A stretch of DNA of 39,605 bases from Octopus bimaculoides (GCF_001194135.2 NC_068991.1:12824676-12864280); one strand, 5' to 3'; counted from the stretch's first letter, positions 22,901 through 35,644 are shown. The notes: generated by a model from the letters alone, not told the origin. Made by a program: numbers and translations.

Positions 22901-23869
22901 TGAAAAAGAATGTGTTATCGTCCATGATATTATTGAATGATGAAAGGAAAATAAATCATGAGCTGAGATGTGGTCTTAATGTGTCGTTAAGTGTTAGAAA
23001 AGCCGCAGCCATTGGAAATATCTTTTGACCTTTCCTCTATACAATCATCCATCTTGCTTTCTGAAACGAGCTTAGGAGCTAACCTTTAAGTTTTAACTCA
23101 CAAAACCTGAAGGCTAGCACCTCTTGCGTATAACAAACTTGCTGTTTGTTGAATAGGAATTTTTTTTTTAATCATTATAATAAATTATTTTCAGCAATTT
23201 GTTGATTACGAATTATTTTTTAATCATTTTCTTTTTATCAAAATTGTTTTTCAATGGTACATATGGTATATAATTTCCCCATTATTGTATCATTGCTCAT
23301 CTGACCATGGGAATTATCCCATCCAGTAGGATCAATATTTAGAAGAACTGGAAAGAGAATAATAATTTCATAACAATTATTATTCTTCAAGAATCTCTTC
23401 TCTTTTTTTTTTCTGTAACTGACATATTTTCACTTCTGATTACAATCGTACAATGAAAGACTTATAAAAGATAAAGCCAAGAGTACTTACGCTATTACAA
23501 AAGAAAATAATATGAATATAATACTGATAGCTGTACTCTCCAAGGAATCGTTGGCTTCAATTATTTACAATGGAGTATATTCAATTCTTTTGCTACTTCA
23601 GCCATTTTTGTTACGTACAAGCCACAGGTTTTGTAAAGCTTAACAATATGGCTGGCTTAAAATACCTCTGGGAAGTGTTCTACATACTAAACACAAACAT
23701 GTTAAAGTTTCACTTATGTAATATAAATGATTTGAAAATCTTCAATCAACTTGCATTATCCCAGTAATTAAAGAACAAAAATTCCGATTACGGAAAAAAA
23801 ATAATAAAAACAGCAAGGGAAATAACTGTTATAAGATCAGTTGACTGACATTTTGGGGACACTATAGAC

Positions 23870-24165
23870 CAGAGGTTTTCAAACTGTGGTCCGCGAACCA
23901 CAGGGGGTCCGCAAGGACAAGACAGGGGGTCCGTGGACAGCAAATACTTTTTATGGGCAATTTGATTTTATATATGTTTTTTAATCGAAATTTTTTAATT
24001 GACAATAAACCTATTTGTTAAATACTGTTAAATAAATAACTGTAAAAATATTTGTTATTTTAAGCAAATATTTATGTATAAATCTCATAAGCGTTTATAA
24101 GGGGGTCCCTAAGGTAAAGCCTGAAATATAAAGGGTCTGCAAGCCAAAAAGTTTGAAAACCCCTG
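23870..24165. mobile_element. hAT (Charlie-like) MITE, 296 bp
   Basis: 16-bp TIR CAG(A/G)GGTTTTCAAACT with 1 mismatch; perfect 8-bp TSD CTATAGAC (23862-23869, 24166-24173). Confidence 0.93.
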
Positions 24166-24731
24166 CTATAGACAATAATGACTGAAGTAGATCTGGTGAA
24201 AGCAATAGAAAGAACTTCTGAAGTCTTGTTTGCTTGAATTATTGTTTAAGTTTCCTCCTCTGTTATCTCTGAAACTCATGATTGTAGGAAGTGTAAGCCT
24301 TTTCATTCATTGTTACTAGGGAAAATAAAGAGCTCCTTTGTTCTTTTCACAAGCTGTTTGAATATTAACAACTTCACCCACCTCTATTCAACATTCTGCA
24401 TTCTGTGTAAACACAGCAAATGAAAAGCTAAATGCAATAGAAATAATGTTCACATACAGAAACACACAATGGCATAGTAGTGGAATACATTTCCATATAT
24501 TGGTGGCTCCAATCGTTAGTGGTGTAGAATACAGATAGCTATTGAACACATATGAAGAAAAATATGTTCACATGCATAGGTATTTGCTAGCACTGTGTCT
24601 TTCAGATATTGGTGACCATAATAGTTTGAATTATAAAATGCAGTCAAATACTAACCATATAAATGGATGTAATAATTAGCAGTGGAAAATGTATATAAAC
24701 AGTGGTACATATGTACGTATGATAGTAGTGG

Positions 24732-24773
<42 letters not shown>

Positions 24774-25090
24774 TCATCATCATCATCGTTTAACATCTGC
24801 TTTCCATGCTAGCATGGGTTGGATGATTTGACTGAGGACTGGTGAGCCAGAAGGCTGCACCAGTCTCTAATCTGATCTGACAGAGTTTCTACAGCTGGAT
24901 GCCCTTCCTAATGCCAACCACTCCGAGAGTGTAGTGGGTGCTTTTACGTGCCACCGGCACGAGGGCCAGTCACACGGTACTGGCAACGGCCACGCTCAAA
25001 TCCTAATTAACTCACCAGTCCTCAGCTAAACCGTCCAACCCATGCCAGCATGGAAAGCAGACGTTAAACGATGATGATGATGATGATGAT
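24774..25090. mobile_element. Two family B copies head-to-head (24774-25000 minus, 25010-25090 plus)
   Basis: (CAT)n..CCATGCTAGCATGG.. on the left and ..CCATGCCAGCATGG..(GAT)n on the right are reverse complements. Confidence 0.88.
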
Positions 25091-25096
25091 ATATAT

Positions 25097-25632
25097 GTGG
25101 CTGTGTGGTAAGTAGCTTGCTTCCCAACCACATGCTTCAATGTTCAGTCCCTCTGTGTGGCACCTTGAGCAAGTGTCTTCTGCTATAGCCTCAGGCCGAC
25201 CAAAGCCTTGTGAGTGGATTTGTTAGACAGAAGCTGAAAGAAGCCCATCATATATATNNNNNNNNNNNNNNNNNNNNNNNNNNNNNNNNNNNNNNNNNNN
25301 NNNNNNNNNNNNNNNNNNNNNNNNNNNNNNNNNNNNNNNNNNNNNNNNNNNNNNNNNNNNNNNNNNNNNNNNNNNNNNNNNNNNNNNNNNNNNNNNNNNN
25401 NNNNNNNNNNNNNNNNNNNNNNNNNNNNNNNNNNNNNNNNNNNNNNNNNNNNNNNNNNNNNNNNNNNNNNNNNNNNNNNNNNNNNNNNNNNNNNNNNNNN
25501 NNNNNNNNNNNNNNNNNNNNNNNNNNNNNNNNNNNNNNNNNNNNNNNNNNNNNNNNNNNNNNNNNNNNNNNNNNNNNNNNNNNNNNNNNNNNNNNNNNNN
25601 NNNNNNNNNNNNNNNNNNNNNNNNNNNNNNNN

Positions 25633-25703
<71 letters not shown>
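25097..25703 (+). mobile_element. Family A SINE 5' half running into its internal (TA)n and an assembly gap
   Basis: GTGGCTGTGTGGTAAGTAGC..GAAAGAAGCCCATCATATATA then N-run. Confidence 0.8.
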
Positions 25704-25705
<2 letters not shown>

Positions 25706-26281
25706 CTCATCAAACCAATACGATCTCAAGCTCCCATTCATGGCCTCCACATCAGACTGTGGTTGGCAAAGTGAACATGCCGAGATCTTTGTTCTGCAAT
25801 GGACTGGAGACAGACAAACCAATCCAATCCAATATATATATAAATATATATACATTTAGTATGATATGAAGATGGTGATTTTAATTTAATACTATTTCAG
25901 TAGTGTTCACCAAGCTGAGGTATTCTTTGAGTCTCAAGGGAATTTTGAAGATATTAGTTTCTGATTTCTCTTGATAATATGCTACAGAGTCTTAGGATGC
26001 TTAGATTTTAAATTCTAGAACTGATCAAACATTGAGTAGGCTTTATATTCCTTTAACTGCAAAATAAAATTCCATGGTTATTCCAGTAATAATGTGAAAT
26101 ATCTACCAAAAAATAGAATTGGTATTTTCTAGAAGCCACAGAATCTCAATAAATTTGTCAGATCTAATGAAAAATAGTGTCAAACATGACATTTCTTAAC
26201 AAAAGATAGATTGGTATATAAAACTGCTTTTTGTAGTTAAGAGTAATAAAATTCTGAATGGATATATCTGGTTTTCCACAG

Positions 26282-26307
26282 CAAAAGGGTTATTGTGATT
26301 ATGTAGA
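26282..26307 (+). CDS. Candidate 26-nt micro-exon (QKGYCDYV + GA) of an unidentified gene
   Basis: Acceptor TCTGGTTTTCCACAG, donor AGA|GTGAGT; only phase 0 is open. Splice signals only. Confidence 0.35.
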
Positions 26308-26364
26308 GTGAGTAGGAGGTAATCAGTCTAGCTTAATTTTTTTAATTTTTTTTTTACTTATTCT

Positions 26365-26705
26365 CGTAGGAGCGGCTGTGTGGTAAGTAGCTTGCAATGT
26401 TCGATGAGTAATGCTTTAACCGAACATTGTAAATATAATCAAATTATTATTGTATATCTAAAATTGTAAATATTTAATCGATACAGCTACTTCACCCCTT
26501 TTATGTTTGTCTGTCCTTGTTTGTCCCCTCTTTGTAATGCCTTTATGGCAAATATTTATGAAATAAAGTAGCTTGCTTACCAACAACATGGTTCCAGGTT
26601 CAGTACCACTGCATGGCACCTTGGGCAAGTGTCTTCCACTATAGCCTCGGGCCAACCAAAGCCTTGTGAGTGGATATGGTAGACGGAAACTGAAAGAAGC
26701 CCGCC

Positions 26706-26753
<48 letters not shown>

Positions 26754-26962
26754 CTGTGTTTGCCCCCCACCCCAACATCGCTTGACAACCAATGCTGGTG
26801 TGCTTATGCCCCTGTAACTTAGTGGTTCAGCAAAAGAGACTGATAGAATAAGTACTCGACTTACAAGGAATAAGTCCTGGGGTCGATTTGCTCGACTAAA
26901 AGGTGGTGCTCCAGCATGACCACAGTCAAATGACTGAAACAAGTAAAAGAGAGTAAAGAGTA
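26365..26962 (+). mobile_element. Family A SINE split by a 170-bp insertion (26396-26565)
   Basis: 11-bp TSD AAGTAGCTTGC at 26385-26395 and 26566-26576. Confidence 0.9.
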
Positions 26963-26997
26963 TACTCTACACATGGTTAAATTCATACAAAGCTGGC

Positions 26998-27265
26998 TTA
27001 TTTATTTACTCGCCCTTTTAAAGCGTAGCCAGGCTCATGGGCCCGGTTTCCCGGTTTCTTTGGCGTATGTGTTCCCCCCTAGCTGGACGGGACGCCAGTC
27101 CATCGCAGCTTTACTGAAGAAACGGGAAGAAAGAGTGAGAGAAAGTTGGAGCGAATGAGTACAACAGCGGTCGCCACCACCCCCTGCTGGAGCCTCGTGG
27201 AGCTTTTTAGGTATTTTTGCTCAATAAACACACACAACGCCCGGTCTGGGAATAGAAACAGCGAA
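26998..27265 (-). mobile_element. Family E SINE with V-domain-like core
   Basis: Minus strand has GCTGCGATGGACTGGCGTCCCGTCCAG (27083-27109), like the V-SINE core; (TAAA)n tail; the B-box region matches 30761-30869. Confidence 0.75.
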
Positions 27266-27359
27266 ACCCAGATCTTCGGTATGGCTGCAATCCAATGATT
27301 GAAACAAGTAAAAGATAAAATACCAAAGGTCTGGGATGCTTTGTAGGACTCGTATTAAC

Positions 27360-27480
27360 ATCTGTTCCAGTTACCAATTGGTACTTTATCTTATCAACAT
27401 TCCACCCACCACGAAAGGATGAAATGTGAAGTTAACCATTGCAGGATTTGAACTCAAAAAGTAAAAGATTGTAACGATTG
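27360..27480 (-). mobile_element. Old family C SINE fragment
   Basis: TTGGTACTT..GAAAGGATGAAA..GGATTTGAACTC. Confidence 0.6.
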
Positions 27481-28377
27481 TAACAGGACAGAAAACATGA
27501 ATTATTAAGGAATAAATTTGAAATTAAGAATAATTTTTGTCTTTGATGCTTACATCAGAACTAAATCTATATTTGGTTTTTCATTAAAGCTATTAACAGA
27601 ATTAAATATTTATTAGAATTGAGTATTTTCAATGTGTTTAGTCAGCTCAAGTCCAGCTAGCTTTTCAAAAAGTAATTCCTAGCATTCAAACCAGGACAAA
27701 TCTACAAGATGATGAAAAAAGTCTTGTTCTTTTTTTCTTTTTTGCCAGTCATTTTACTAAATCATAATTGGTTTATCACAGGCTCTAACTACAAAACCCT
27801 ACAGAAAAAAATGAGGGAAGAAAAGGAACTTACAATACATATGACACTGGAAAAGGTTTTCCATGCCTAAATTATAAATGTTTGAAGAAAACAATTGATA
27901 AGGAATAATAAAATTGCCCATTTATCAATTTCTTTAAAATTATTTATTATTTATCAGTTCTCCATTCAACACAAGCAGGCCATTTTACGTTGACTGCATC
28001 AGAATTTAATATTTAATGAATCTTTAATGACAGGAAGCTAATATTCCTTTTGAAATATTACTAGTTAAAAATGGATGTTTTCAGAGATTGTTGAAGTCAG
28101 TCTTCTCAAAATTGCATGCCTCTAAATGAGAATTAGATCTGTTCATCAAAATCTGCTTGTTCCATGAAGAGTTGACAATGATCATCAATCTATACATAAA
28201 AGAAACCATAATGATTCCTGATAGAACAGCTGATGATGGGACAATGCCTATGTCTATTGAGATTAAATTGTTCCAATTGTGATTCTTATATAGTTGTTTA
28301 AACATTACATTTTTGTGTTCTTCAGCATATCACTGTTATAACTATTTTTAATCTTAGTTGTTTAGGATTCTAAATAA

Positions 28378-28680
28378 TGGTTTCAAATTGTGGCACAAGG
28401 CCTACAAATTTTGAGGGGAGGAAGTAAGTCGATTACATGAACTTCAGTATTCAACTGGTACCTAACTTCTGCCGAAGTCGACTTTGCCTTTCATCCTTTC
28501 GGGGTTGATAAATCAAGTACCAATTGCGTACTGGGGTCAATCTAACCAACTGCCCCCTTCCCCAAATATTTTGGGCCTTGTGCCTAGAGTAGAAAAGTAT
28601 TCAACTGGTTATTTTATCAACCCCGAAATGGATGAAAGGCAAACTTGACCTTGGCGGAATTTGAACTAAAAACATAAGTC
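28378..28680. mobile_element. Family C SINE (minus) containing a second family C copy (plus, 28460-28595)
   Basis: 14-bp TSD AGTATTCAACTGGT at 28446-28459 and 28596-28609. Confidence 0.88.
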
Positions 28681-30760
28681 AGAATTTCTCATCGAAGAAT
28701 AGCCATACAGAAAGAAAAAGACGACCAGTAAGAAGTGACAGTTGGATGTATGGAAAAAAGAAAAAAATGCAATTAAAAGCGAAGTTTCCAACCAATTTTT
28801 TTTTTATTGTCATTTGATAAAAAAAAAAAAGAAAAAGTTTCCCCTATTTTGGGTACATTTTAACAATTGGTTCATCTAGTATGTTATGTAGTATATCACT
28901 TAGGAGCAATCCTTCTGTAATGAACTCTTATGTTTTAGCAGTTAAATAATTCCATCGTTGAAAGAAACTGTAAAGTAATTTATGATACATAACTGATGCA
29001 TGTAAGTATTTATACTTTAACCATTTAAGGTTCCATGCATTTAATTTGTTAACACCCAATTACTTAAAATATTTGTCGTTCAGAGATTAAATTTCACTTT
29101 CAAAGTTTGAGGATTGATTACTTTATGTAAACTTGAAAATTACAAAAATGGAATGATGTACATGTTTTCCCAAAATTTTGGGCAAGATTTCTACCAAGCA
29201 CCGAACGTTAATTAATTTTTTTTTAATTTTTTTATTTTAAACGTTAAGAAATTATAAGGCTCGGTCAACGGCTATTTATTAATAAAGTGAATTTGAATTA
29301 TCTTATTTCACCGTCCGTCCGTCCGTCCGTCCGTCTGTCTGTGTGTGTGTGTGTGTGTGTGTGTTCGTATGTTTGTACATGTGTATGTATGTATATTTAT
29401 GTTTCATGTATGTCATCTCATCTTGTCAGCATAGCTGAATATTAAAATCTAAACCAGCAATAAAGCCATCAATGTCAGTTATACTGTTCTGATATTTTTT
29501 CGAATATATCTTGATATATCATTATTTGTTTGTTATTAATTGCTCACACTACTATCTACCAATTTATCTACTTAGACAACCACAAGTTAATAAATTAGCA
29601 CAAATAGTATATCTTTTTTAAAATCGACAATGGACACAATTCTATGTATTCTACATACTTCAATAATGACAACACAATCGCTTTTAAAATTCTCATTTTT
29701 AATTCAATAATTTCGTTGAAATGGCTGGCAACTTTTATTACCATGTTTACTTCATATTTCGACATAAAAAAAAGAGTTAATATTTTTATCAACAAAGCCA
29801 AACTGTATGGTTAACTGGTCCAGAGTAAACTAAGCAGATGTTATTGTCAATATGGCAGTATAAACTAGAGACATAATCATTGTTGACGCGACAGTTTTAC
29901 TGATAAATATTTAATTCATGAAATGCTACATCATATAATATTGACTAACATTTAAAATAACCTAAATATGAAGGCGGTAATATAAAGTGTTAAACAATAA
30001 CCTTAGCCAAAAATGTATAAGTAAAAAAAAAAAAAAAACACTATTTTATTTTGGTCTATTTTTGGTATCTCTCAGAACTTCTATATTTACAAATTGGTTT
30101 CGGTTAAACTTTCGCCTTCAAACTTAAGAGTTTATTCCATGTTAACTCAGTTAACTAAATTCAATTTAGAGTCTAATTTGGAGGAGAAAAAAACATAAAT
30201 GTTTACATAGAAGTATGCTACTTGCATACATTAGAGTCTCTGACGTTTGGTGTTGACATTTAGATAACTGTGGTATCCGCAGACAATGTATGAGGTCAAT
30301 GTTTTTCATTCAGATTTATACAGTTAACTGCAAACAAACTAGAATCTAATAGAGCTACAGAAGGTTTGGGTTGATAAAAATACACACACACACTCACATA
30401 AATAGGAAAACTTAATAAATTTCTTTAAAAATAAGTTCGTTTAGAAGTCTTGTCCAAACTGTCAGAATTGCCCCTCCTCATGACAGACTAAATTATCTTA
30501 CTCTGACAAATTTTATATTATTAGAATTCAATTTTGCGGTACTTTTTGGTTATCTCACCCCCATTAAAAAAATTGCCATTAAAAAATCGGGTTACCTCCC
30601 CACTAAAAGAATCAAGTTAATGTGGTGACAAAAGATTGGATTAAAGGAGTTAGATCCTTTTAATTCAATACTTCAACACATTGTTGACGTTTGGCCTCAG
30701 TAGGCATGGTACAATTTGTTATGAAAATATCCGATTCAGTGAGATGTTTAATTTTTAATG

Positions 30761-30869
30761 GGGCTTTAGGTGTTTGCGCTCAATACACACAAACAACACC
30801 CGGTCTGGGAATCGAAACCGCGATCCTCCGACCGCGAGTCCGCCACCCTAACCAATAGGCCATTGCGCC
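30761..30869 (-). mobile_element. Family E SINE head (tRNA-Arg-like)
   Basis: Minus strand GGCGCAATGGCCTATTGGTTAGGGTGGCGGACTCGCGGTCGGAGGATCGCGGTTTCGATTCCCAG: A and B boxes, resembles tRNA-Arg but continues into SINE body with no acceptor stem. Confidence 0.75.
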
Positions 30870-31114
30870 TCCACAGACTAACTTACTACTATGCAAAAAA
30901 TAGAATGGAGGGCATTAAGATGTTGATGCTAATGATTGTGTGTGGCAAAGAAAGAGAGGGAGTGTGTGAGTGTCTTAGTCTGTGTTTACTGGTGTAGATT
31001 GTAAAATTGACAAATGCTCCTCTCTCAGAATTTGTATAACCTTCCTTCAAAGATTGACTCCAGTTTTGAAGTATTTAAGATACTCCTGAACTCTGCTTTC
31101 CAAACACACACACA

Positions 31115-31145
<31 letters not shown>

Positions 31146-31163
31146 TACATGCACATCGTATTG

Positions 31164-31370
31164 ATTTCTAAATAGACACAAAAGCCACAAATTTGTGGAA
31201 GAGATGTTAGGCAATTAAATCGATCCATTATTTCATTGAATCATTTGAATGATCCATTATTGATCCCGGAAAGATGAAAAAAACAAAGTTGACCTTCGCA
31301 GGATTTGAACTCAGGATGTAAAGGGCTGTAACACAATACCACAAGGCTCTAATGCTTTACCACTCTTCAC
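31164..31370 (-). mobile_element. Old family C SINE
   Basis: GATCCCGGAAAGATGAAA..AAAGTTGACCTTCGCAGGATTTGAACTCAG. Confidence 0.65.
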
Positions 31371-31389
31371 ATGCCATGCACGATATATA

Positions 31390-31470
31390 TTGTGTATATG
31401 CCTGTGTATGTGTGTGTGTGTACTTATACATGTACACATATTTATGTAAGTGTGTGTACATATATATATA

Positions 31471-31536
<66 letters not shown>

Positions 31537-31698
31537 CATATATATATACATACATATACATATATATATACATACATATATATATATACATACATATATA
31601 TATACATACATATATATATACATATATACATATATATATACATATATACATATACATATATACATATACATATATATATACATATATATATATATATA

Positions 31699-31751
<53 letters not shown>

Positions 31752-31900
31752 ATTTATTTATTTATTTATTTATATTGATACAGATAGAGACAGATTGATA
31801 AATAGATACGCACACATATTTGCATGCTGTATGTATACACACACTCACTCAAACATGTGCATGCATGCACACGCACACGCACACACACACACACACACAC
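31390..31900. repeat. Compound (TA)n/(TACA)n/(CA)n microsatellite
   Basis: Direct reading. Confidence 0.97.
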
Positions 31901-32445
31901 ACAACTAGTCATGTTCATATAATCATCTACCCTCCCCATCACCACCACCACCAGCACCACCACCACCACCACTGCCACCAATAATTCTCAGTGTTCGTAT
32001 GATGTGACTACTTCTTCACACTTGCAGATAAATATTGATTTTATTTGCTTAAAACCTTCCATCTTCTCTTCTCTCTATAATTCACAATCCACAAACTGAT
32101 TCACTCGCTCCAAACAAAATATTGAGACTGCTAACACCATAAAAGACAGCGAGCGGGACTGGTTCCGCTTAGAACTCCGTCAGACATTCTGAATGAACAT
32201 CAAACTTCAGTCTGTGAATTGATTGAGTCAAAATCAAATCAGAACCACAAACACACGGAAAAATGAGTTGTGTTTCTACTAAATTTCTAAAATGATCTCA
32301 CGATATTAATGCTAGCTCGTTTCTAAAAGATGCTTGGTAGAACATGTACATAATCAGGGATCAAATCCCCATTGAAAAATAGGGATTTTTTTTTTATGTT
32401 TTACAATGTTTATGAAATTTAATTATGATTATTTAGTTATAACCA

Positions 32446-32785
32446 AGCGTCGCTGTGTGGTAAGAAGCTTGCTTCCCAACCACATATGGTTCCTGGTTCA
32501 GTCCCACTGTGTGGCACCTTGGGCAAGTGTCCTTTGCTATAGCCTCGGGCTAACAGAATGAAGCCTTGTGAGTGGATTTGGTAGATGGAAATTGAAAGAC
32601 GCTTGTTGCATATATATATAGGCGCAGGAGTGGCTGTGTGGTAAGTAGCTTGCTTACCAACCACATGGTTCTGGGTTCAGTCCCACTGCATGGCATCTAG
32701 GGCAAGTATCTTCAACTATAGCCTTGGGCCGACCAAAGCCTTGTGAGTGGATTTAATAGACGGAAACTGAAAGAAGCCTGTCGTA

Positions 32786-32838
<53 letters not shown>

Positions 32839-33022
32839 GTGTTTGTGTGTCTGTGTATGTCCCCTTAACATCGTTTGACAACTGATGCTGGTGTTTACGT
32901 CCCTGTAACTTAGCGGTTCGGCAAAAGAGACCCAACAATAAGTACTAGGCTTACAAAGAACAAGTGGTGCTCCAGCATGGCCACAATCAAATGACTGAAA
33001 CAAATAAAAGAATGAAAGAATA
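32446..33022 (+). mobile_element. Two tandem family A SINEs (5' half 32446-32620; full copy 32621-33022)
   Basis: The second copy begins GGCGCAGGAGTGG exactly at the internal (TA)n of the first. Confidence 0.88.
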
Positions 33023-33679
33023 TATATATATGGGTATTAAAAGTTGTTTTAGTTGAAAGGTGGACTTGGACATAATGGCCGTAATACCAAATTTGTAATC
33101 AGCACATGCTATTGAATATAGGTTTTATAGAGAGAGAGTACACATCATCTGTCTCTTACTGTTGTCCATGTAAATGTAAATGATTATGTTGGAAGATTAA
33201 GAGCATATAATTGAAGCAGATATTAGTATTTATTTTTTCTATTTTATTTCTTTTGATAAAGAGAAAACTAGAGTTGAGTTACACTTTTGATTTATTGTAA
33301 TTTTTTTTACGTAGGAGGTGTTTCTTTTTGTTGAAGACAAGACATGCCAACAAAAGAGAGATATTAGTCTAGAGTTCGACCTGGATTTTATATCCTGTGA
33401 AAAAAGCATGATTCATTTTTATTATGAATATGAAATGCATTCATTTTTAAACTGTGGTGTGGTAAAATATATGTATATTTTCTTTATAGGGGCTTTTGAG
33501 TTTCTTTAAGGTTATTTTCTGATTATCTGTTTTACATAGGTATTGATCATAGTTCCAACTGATTTCTTATTAGTTGTTGAGAACTATTACAAAGTAATAT
33601 TTCTTATGGCCAAACGTTTTTCATGGGAGAGTGGAAATAAACAACATAACTTATGTGATAGTGATGGTCATTTACAACC

Positions 33680-34434
33680 ATCAGAGGTATTAGATGTGGT
33701 ATGCAAGAGAGACGACTGCCCTGGTATGGTCATGTGATGCGTATGGACGAGGACAACTGTGTAAACTGCTGCACTATAATGGGGGAGGGAACTTGTGGAA
33801 GAGGTAGACCTAAGAAGACATGGGATGAGGTAGACCCAGGAAGACATGGGACATGGTGAAGCATGATCTTTGAATGTTGGACCTGATAGAGGCAATGACA
33901 AGTGACTGGGACCTTTGGCGATATGCCATGTTTGAGAAGACCTGTCAAGCCAAGTGAGATCATAGTCGTGGCCAATGCCAGTGTTGCTTAACTGGCCTAT
34001 TTAAAAGCACCCTTCAAATGTTGGGTGATATGTTGTGCTTGAGAAGACCTGTAGAGCCATGTGAAATTGTAGTCATGGCTGATGCCGGTGCTGTGTGAAT
34101 GGCATGTAAAAAGTACCGATGGAGTGTTGAGCCTCACAGAGGCAGTGACAGGTGACTGAGACTTTTGGCAATATTCTGAGCTTGAGAAGACCTGTCAAGT
34201 CTAGTGAGCTCATAGTCATGGCCAATGTCATGTAACTGGCACTTGTGCTGGTGGCACATAAAAAGCACCCACTACACCCTTGAAGTAGTTGATGTTAGGA
34301 AGAGTATCCAGCTGTAGAAACCGTGCCAAATCAGATTGGAACCTGATGCAGCTTTCCAGATTACCGGTTCTCAGTCAAACTGTCCAACCCATGCCAGCAT
34401 GAAAAATGGACGTTAAATGATGACGATGATGATG
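33680..34434 (+). mobile_element. RTE-clade LINE 3' fragment: ORF2 C-terminus + repeated 3' UTR + family B tail
   Basis: Reads IRGIRCGMQERRLPWYGHVMRMDEDNCV..GRGRPKKTWDEV..VKHDL*MLDL.EAMTSDWDLWRYAMFEKTCQAK* (stop 33955-33957), the RTE motif RRLRWYGHV.R..GRPKKTW..DRD.WR. Ends CCATGCCAGCATG..(GAT)n. Confidence 0.9.
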
Positions 34435-34501
34435 TCAAAAGTTGGGTACACACACTCACACACACAAGCATATACACACACATTTATAAATGCATATATA
34501 C

Positions 34502-34539
<38 letters not shown>

Positions 34540-34549
34540 NNNNNNNNNN

Positions 34550-34595
<46 letters not shown>

Positions 34596-34749
34596 CCATC
34601 CATCCATATTCATAAGTTCCAAGACGCAACTGTAACTGTAGATATTTTTATGTGCCACCAGCATGGGTGCCAGTTACATGACATTGGCATTGGTCATGAC
34701 TAGTAACGAAAGCTCTCTCCACTCGCAAATACTATATATTCTTCAAGCG

Positions 34750-35473
34750 ACACACAGTCACTGATCTCGTATAGAGAAAAACATCACACATGTAATTAGC
34801 AGCTGCTCAAAAATGTCATCATGGTACCACCTCCCTATGCAACACAACATTGTTGCTAAAACAAAATAAAATACCATCTGGAAAAAAAACTGTCCTGGAA
34901 TAAATATAGAGAATCCCCCTGTTATTGAATACGTACACAAATATCTACACAAGTATTACTGGTGGAATATTTTCAGCAAAACATTTGTGAAGTGTAAACA
35001 TAACAAACCAGATATTGTTGTTTGGGACACACAAGTGAAAGTATGCTCCGTCATAGAGGTCAGCTGTCCTGCTGATGTGAAGATCTCTTTGAAAATCAAA
35101 GAGAAAGAAGAGACAACTATAGACAATTTCTTCAAAACCTCCACCTTCTATATCCGGATTACAAATTTACATTTATACCAATAATAATTGAAGCATTTGG
35201 ATTTTGTAAGTAAATGCCTAACTGTCAGTCTGGATAAGCTTGGATTTTCAGAAAACGAAATCAACCAACTGATTCGCACATTACGAATGCAATCTGTAAG
35301 CGGAACAATAAAACTATGTAAGACTTTTCTAAGGTTTAAAATGTGATATTGTTTTTGCTATCTACATTTCAATGATGGAATCGTTGTTAGAGACCAGCTC
35401 CTTCTTTAAAGGAAGAATTTAAATAATGAAAAACAGAAAAGAACATACATTTGTCTGTGCCTCTGAATAATAA
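34750..35473 (+). pseudogene. R4/Dong-type LINE 3' fragment: zinc knuckle remnant + restriction-like endonuclease + 3' UTR
   Basis: ITHVISSCSKMSSWYHLPMQHNIVAK, YWWNI..KCKHNKPDIVVWD..VIEVSCPAD..KIKEKE (PD-(D/E)xK), PDYKFTFIPIIIEAFG, SVSGTIKLCKTFLRFKM* (stop 35344-35346); ends in a short (AAT)n. Confidence 0.88.
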
Positions 35474-35644
35474 TGGTAAAAAAACTGAAATTAAAAACAG
35501 AATCTAGTGGTTGAGGGCATGTTGCTTTCTTCTATAAAGTATAAATAAAATATTGCAAATGCAAGGCGTCAACTGTCTTGATCAATTCTGAAAGCCCAAG
35601 GTTAGACTGTCAGACTGTCATTCGCTGTTATCAAATGATTTAGG

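Noticed and set aside
27838-28305. Minus-strand exon candidates (33-nt AWKTFSSVICI; IDDHCQLFMEQADFDEQI*) and ORF 28081-28305
   Set aside because: No recognised homolog, mutually awkward (a stop precedes the next exon), and they conflict with plus-strand candidates in the same interval; cannot be separated from chance.
30761-30869. tRNA-Arg gene
   Set aside because: No acceptor stem or terminator, and the sequence continues into family E body shared with 26998-27265; it is a SINE head.
35449-35484. 36-nt minus-strand exon-like segment with good splice signals
   Set aside because: Lies mostly within the 3' UTR/tail of the R4-type LINE, so the signals are probably incidental.
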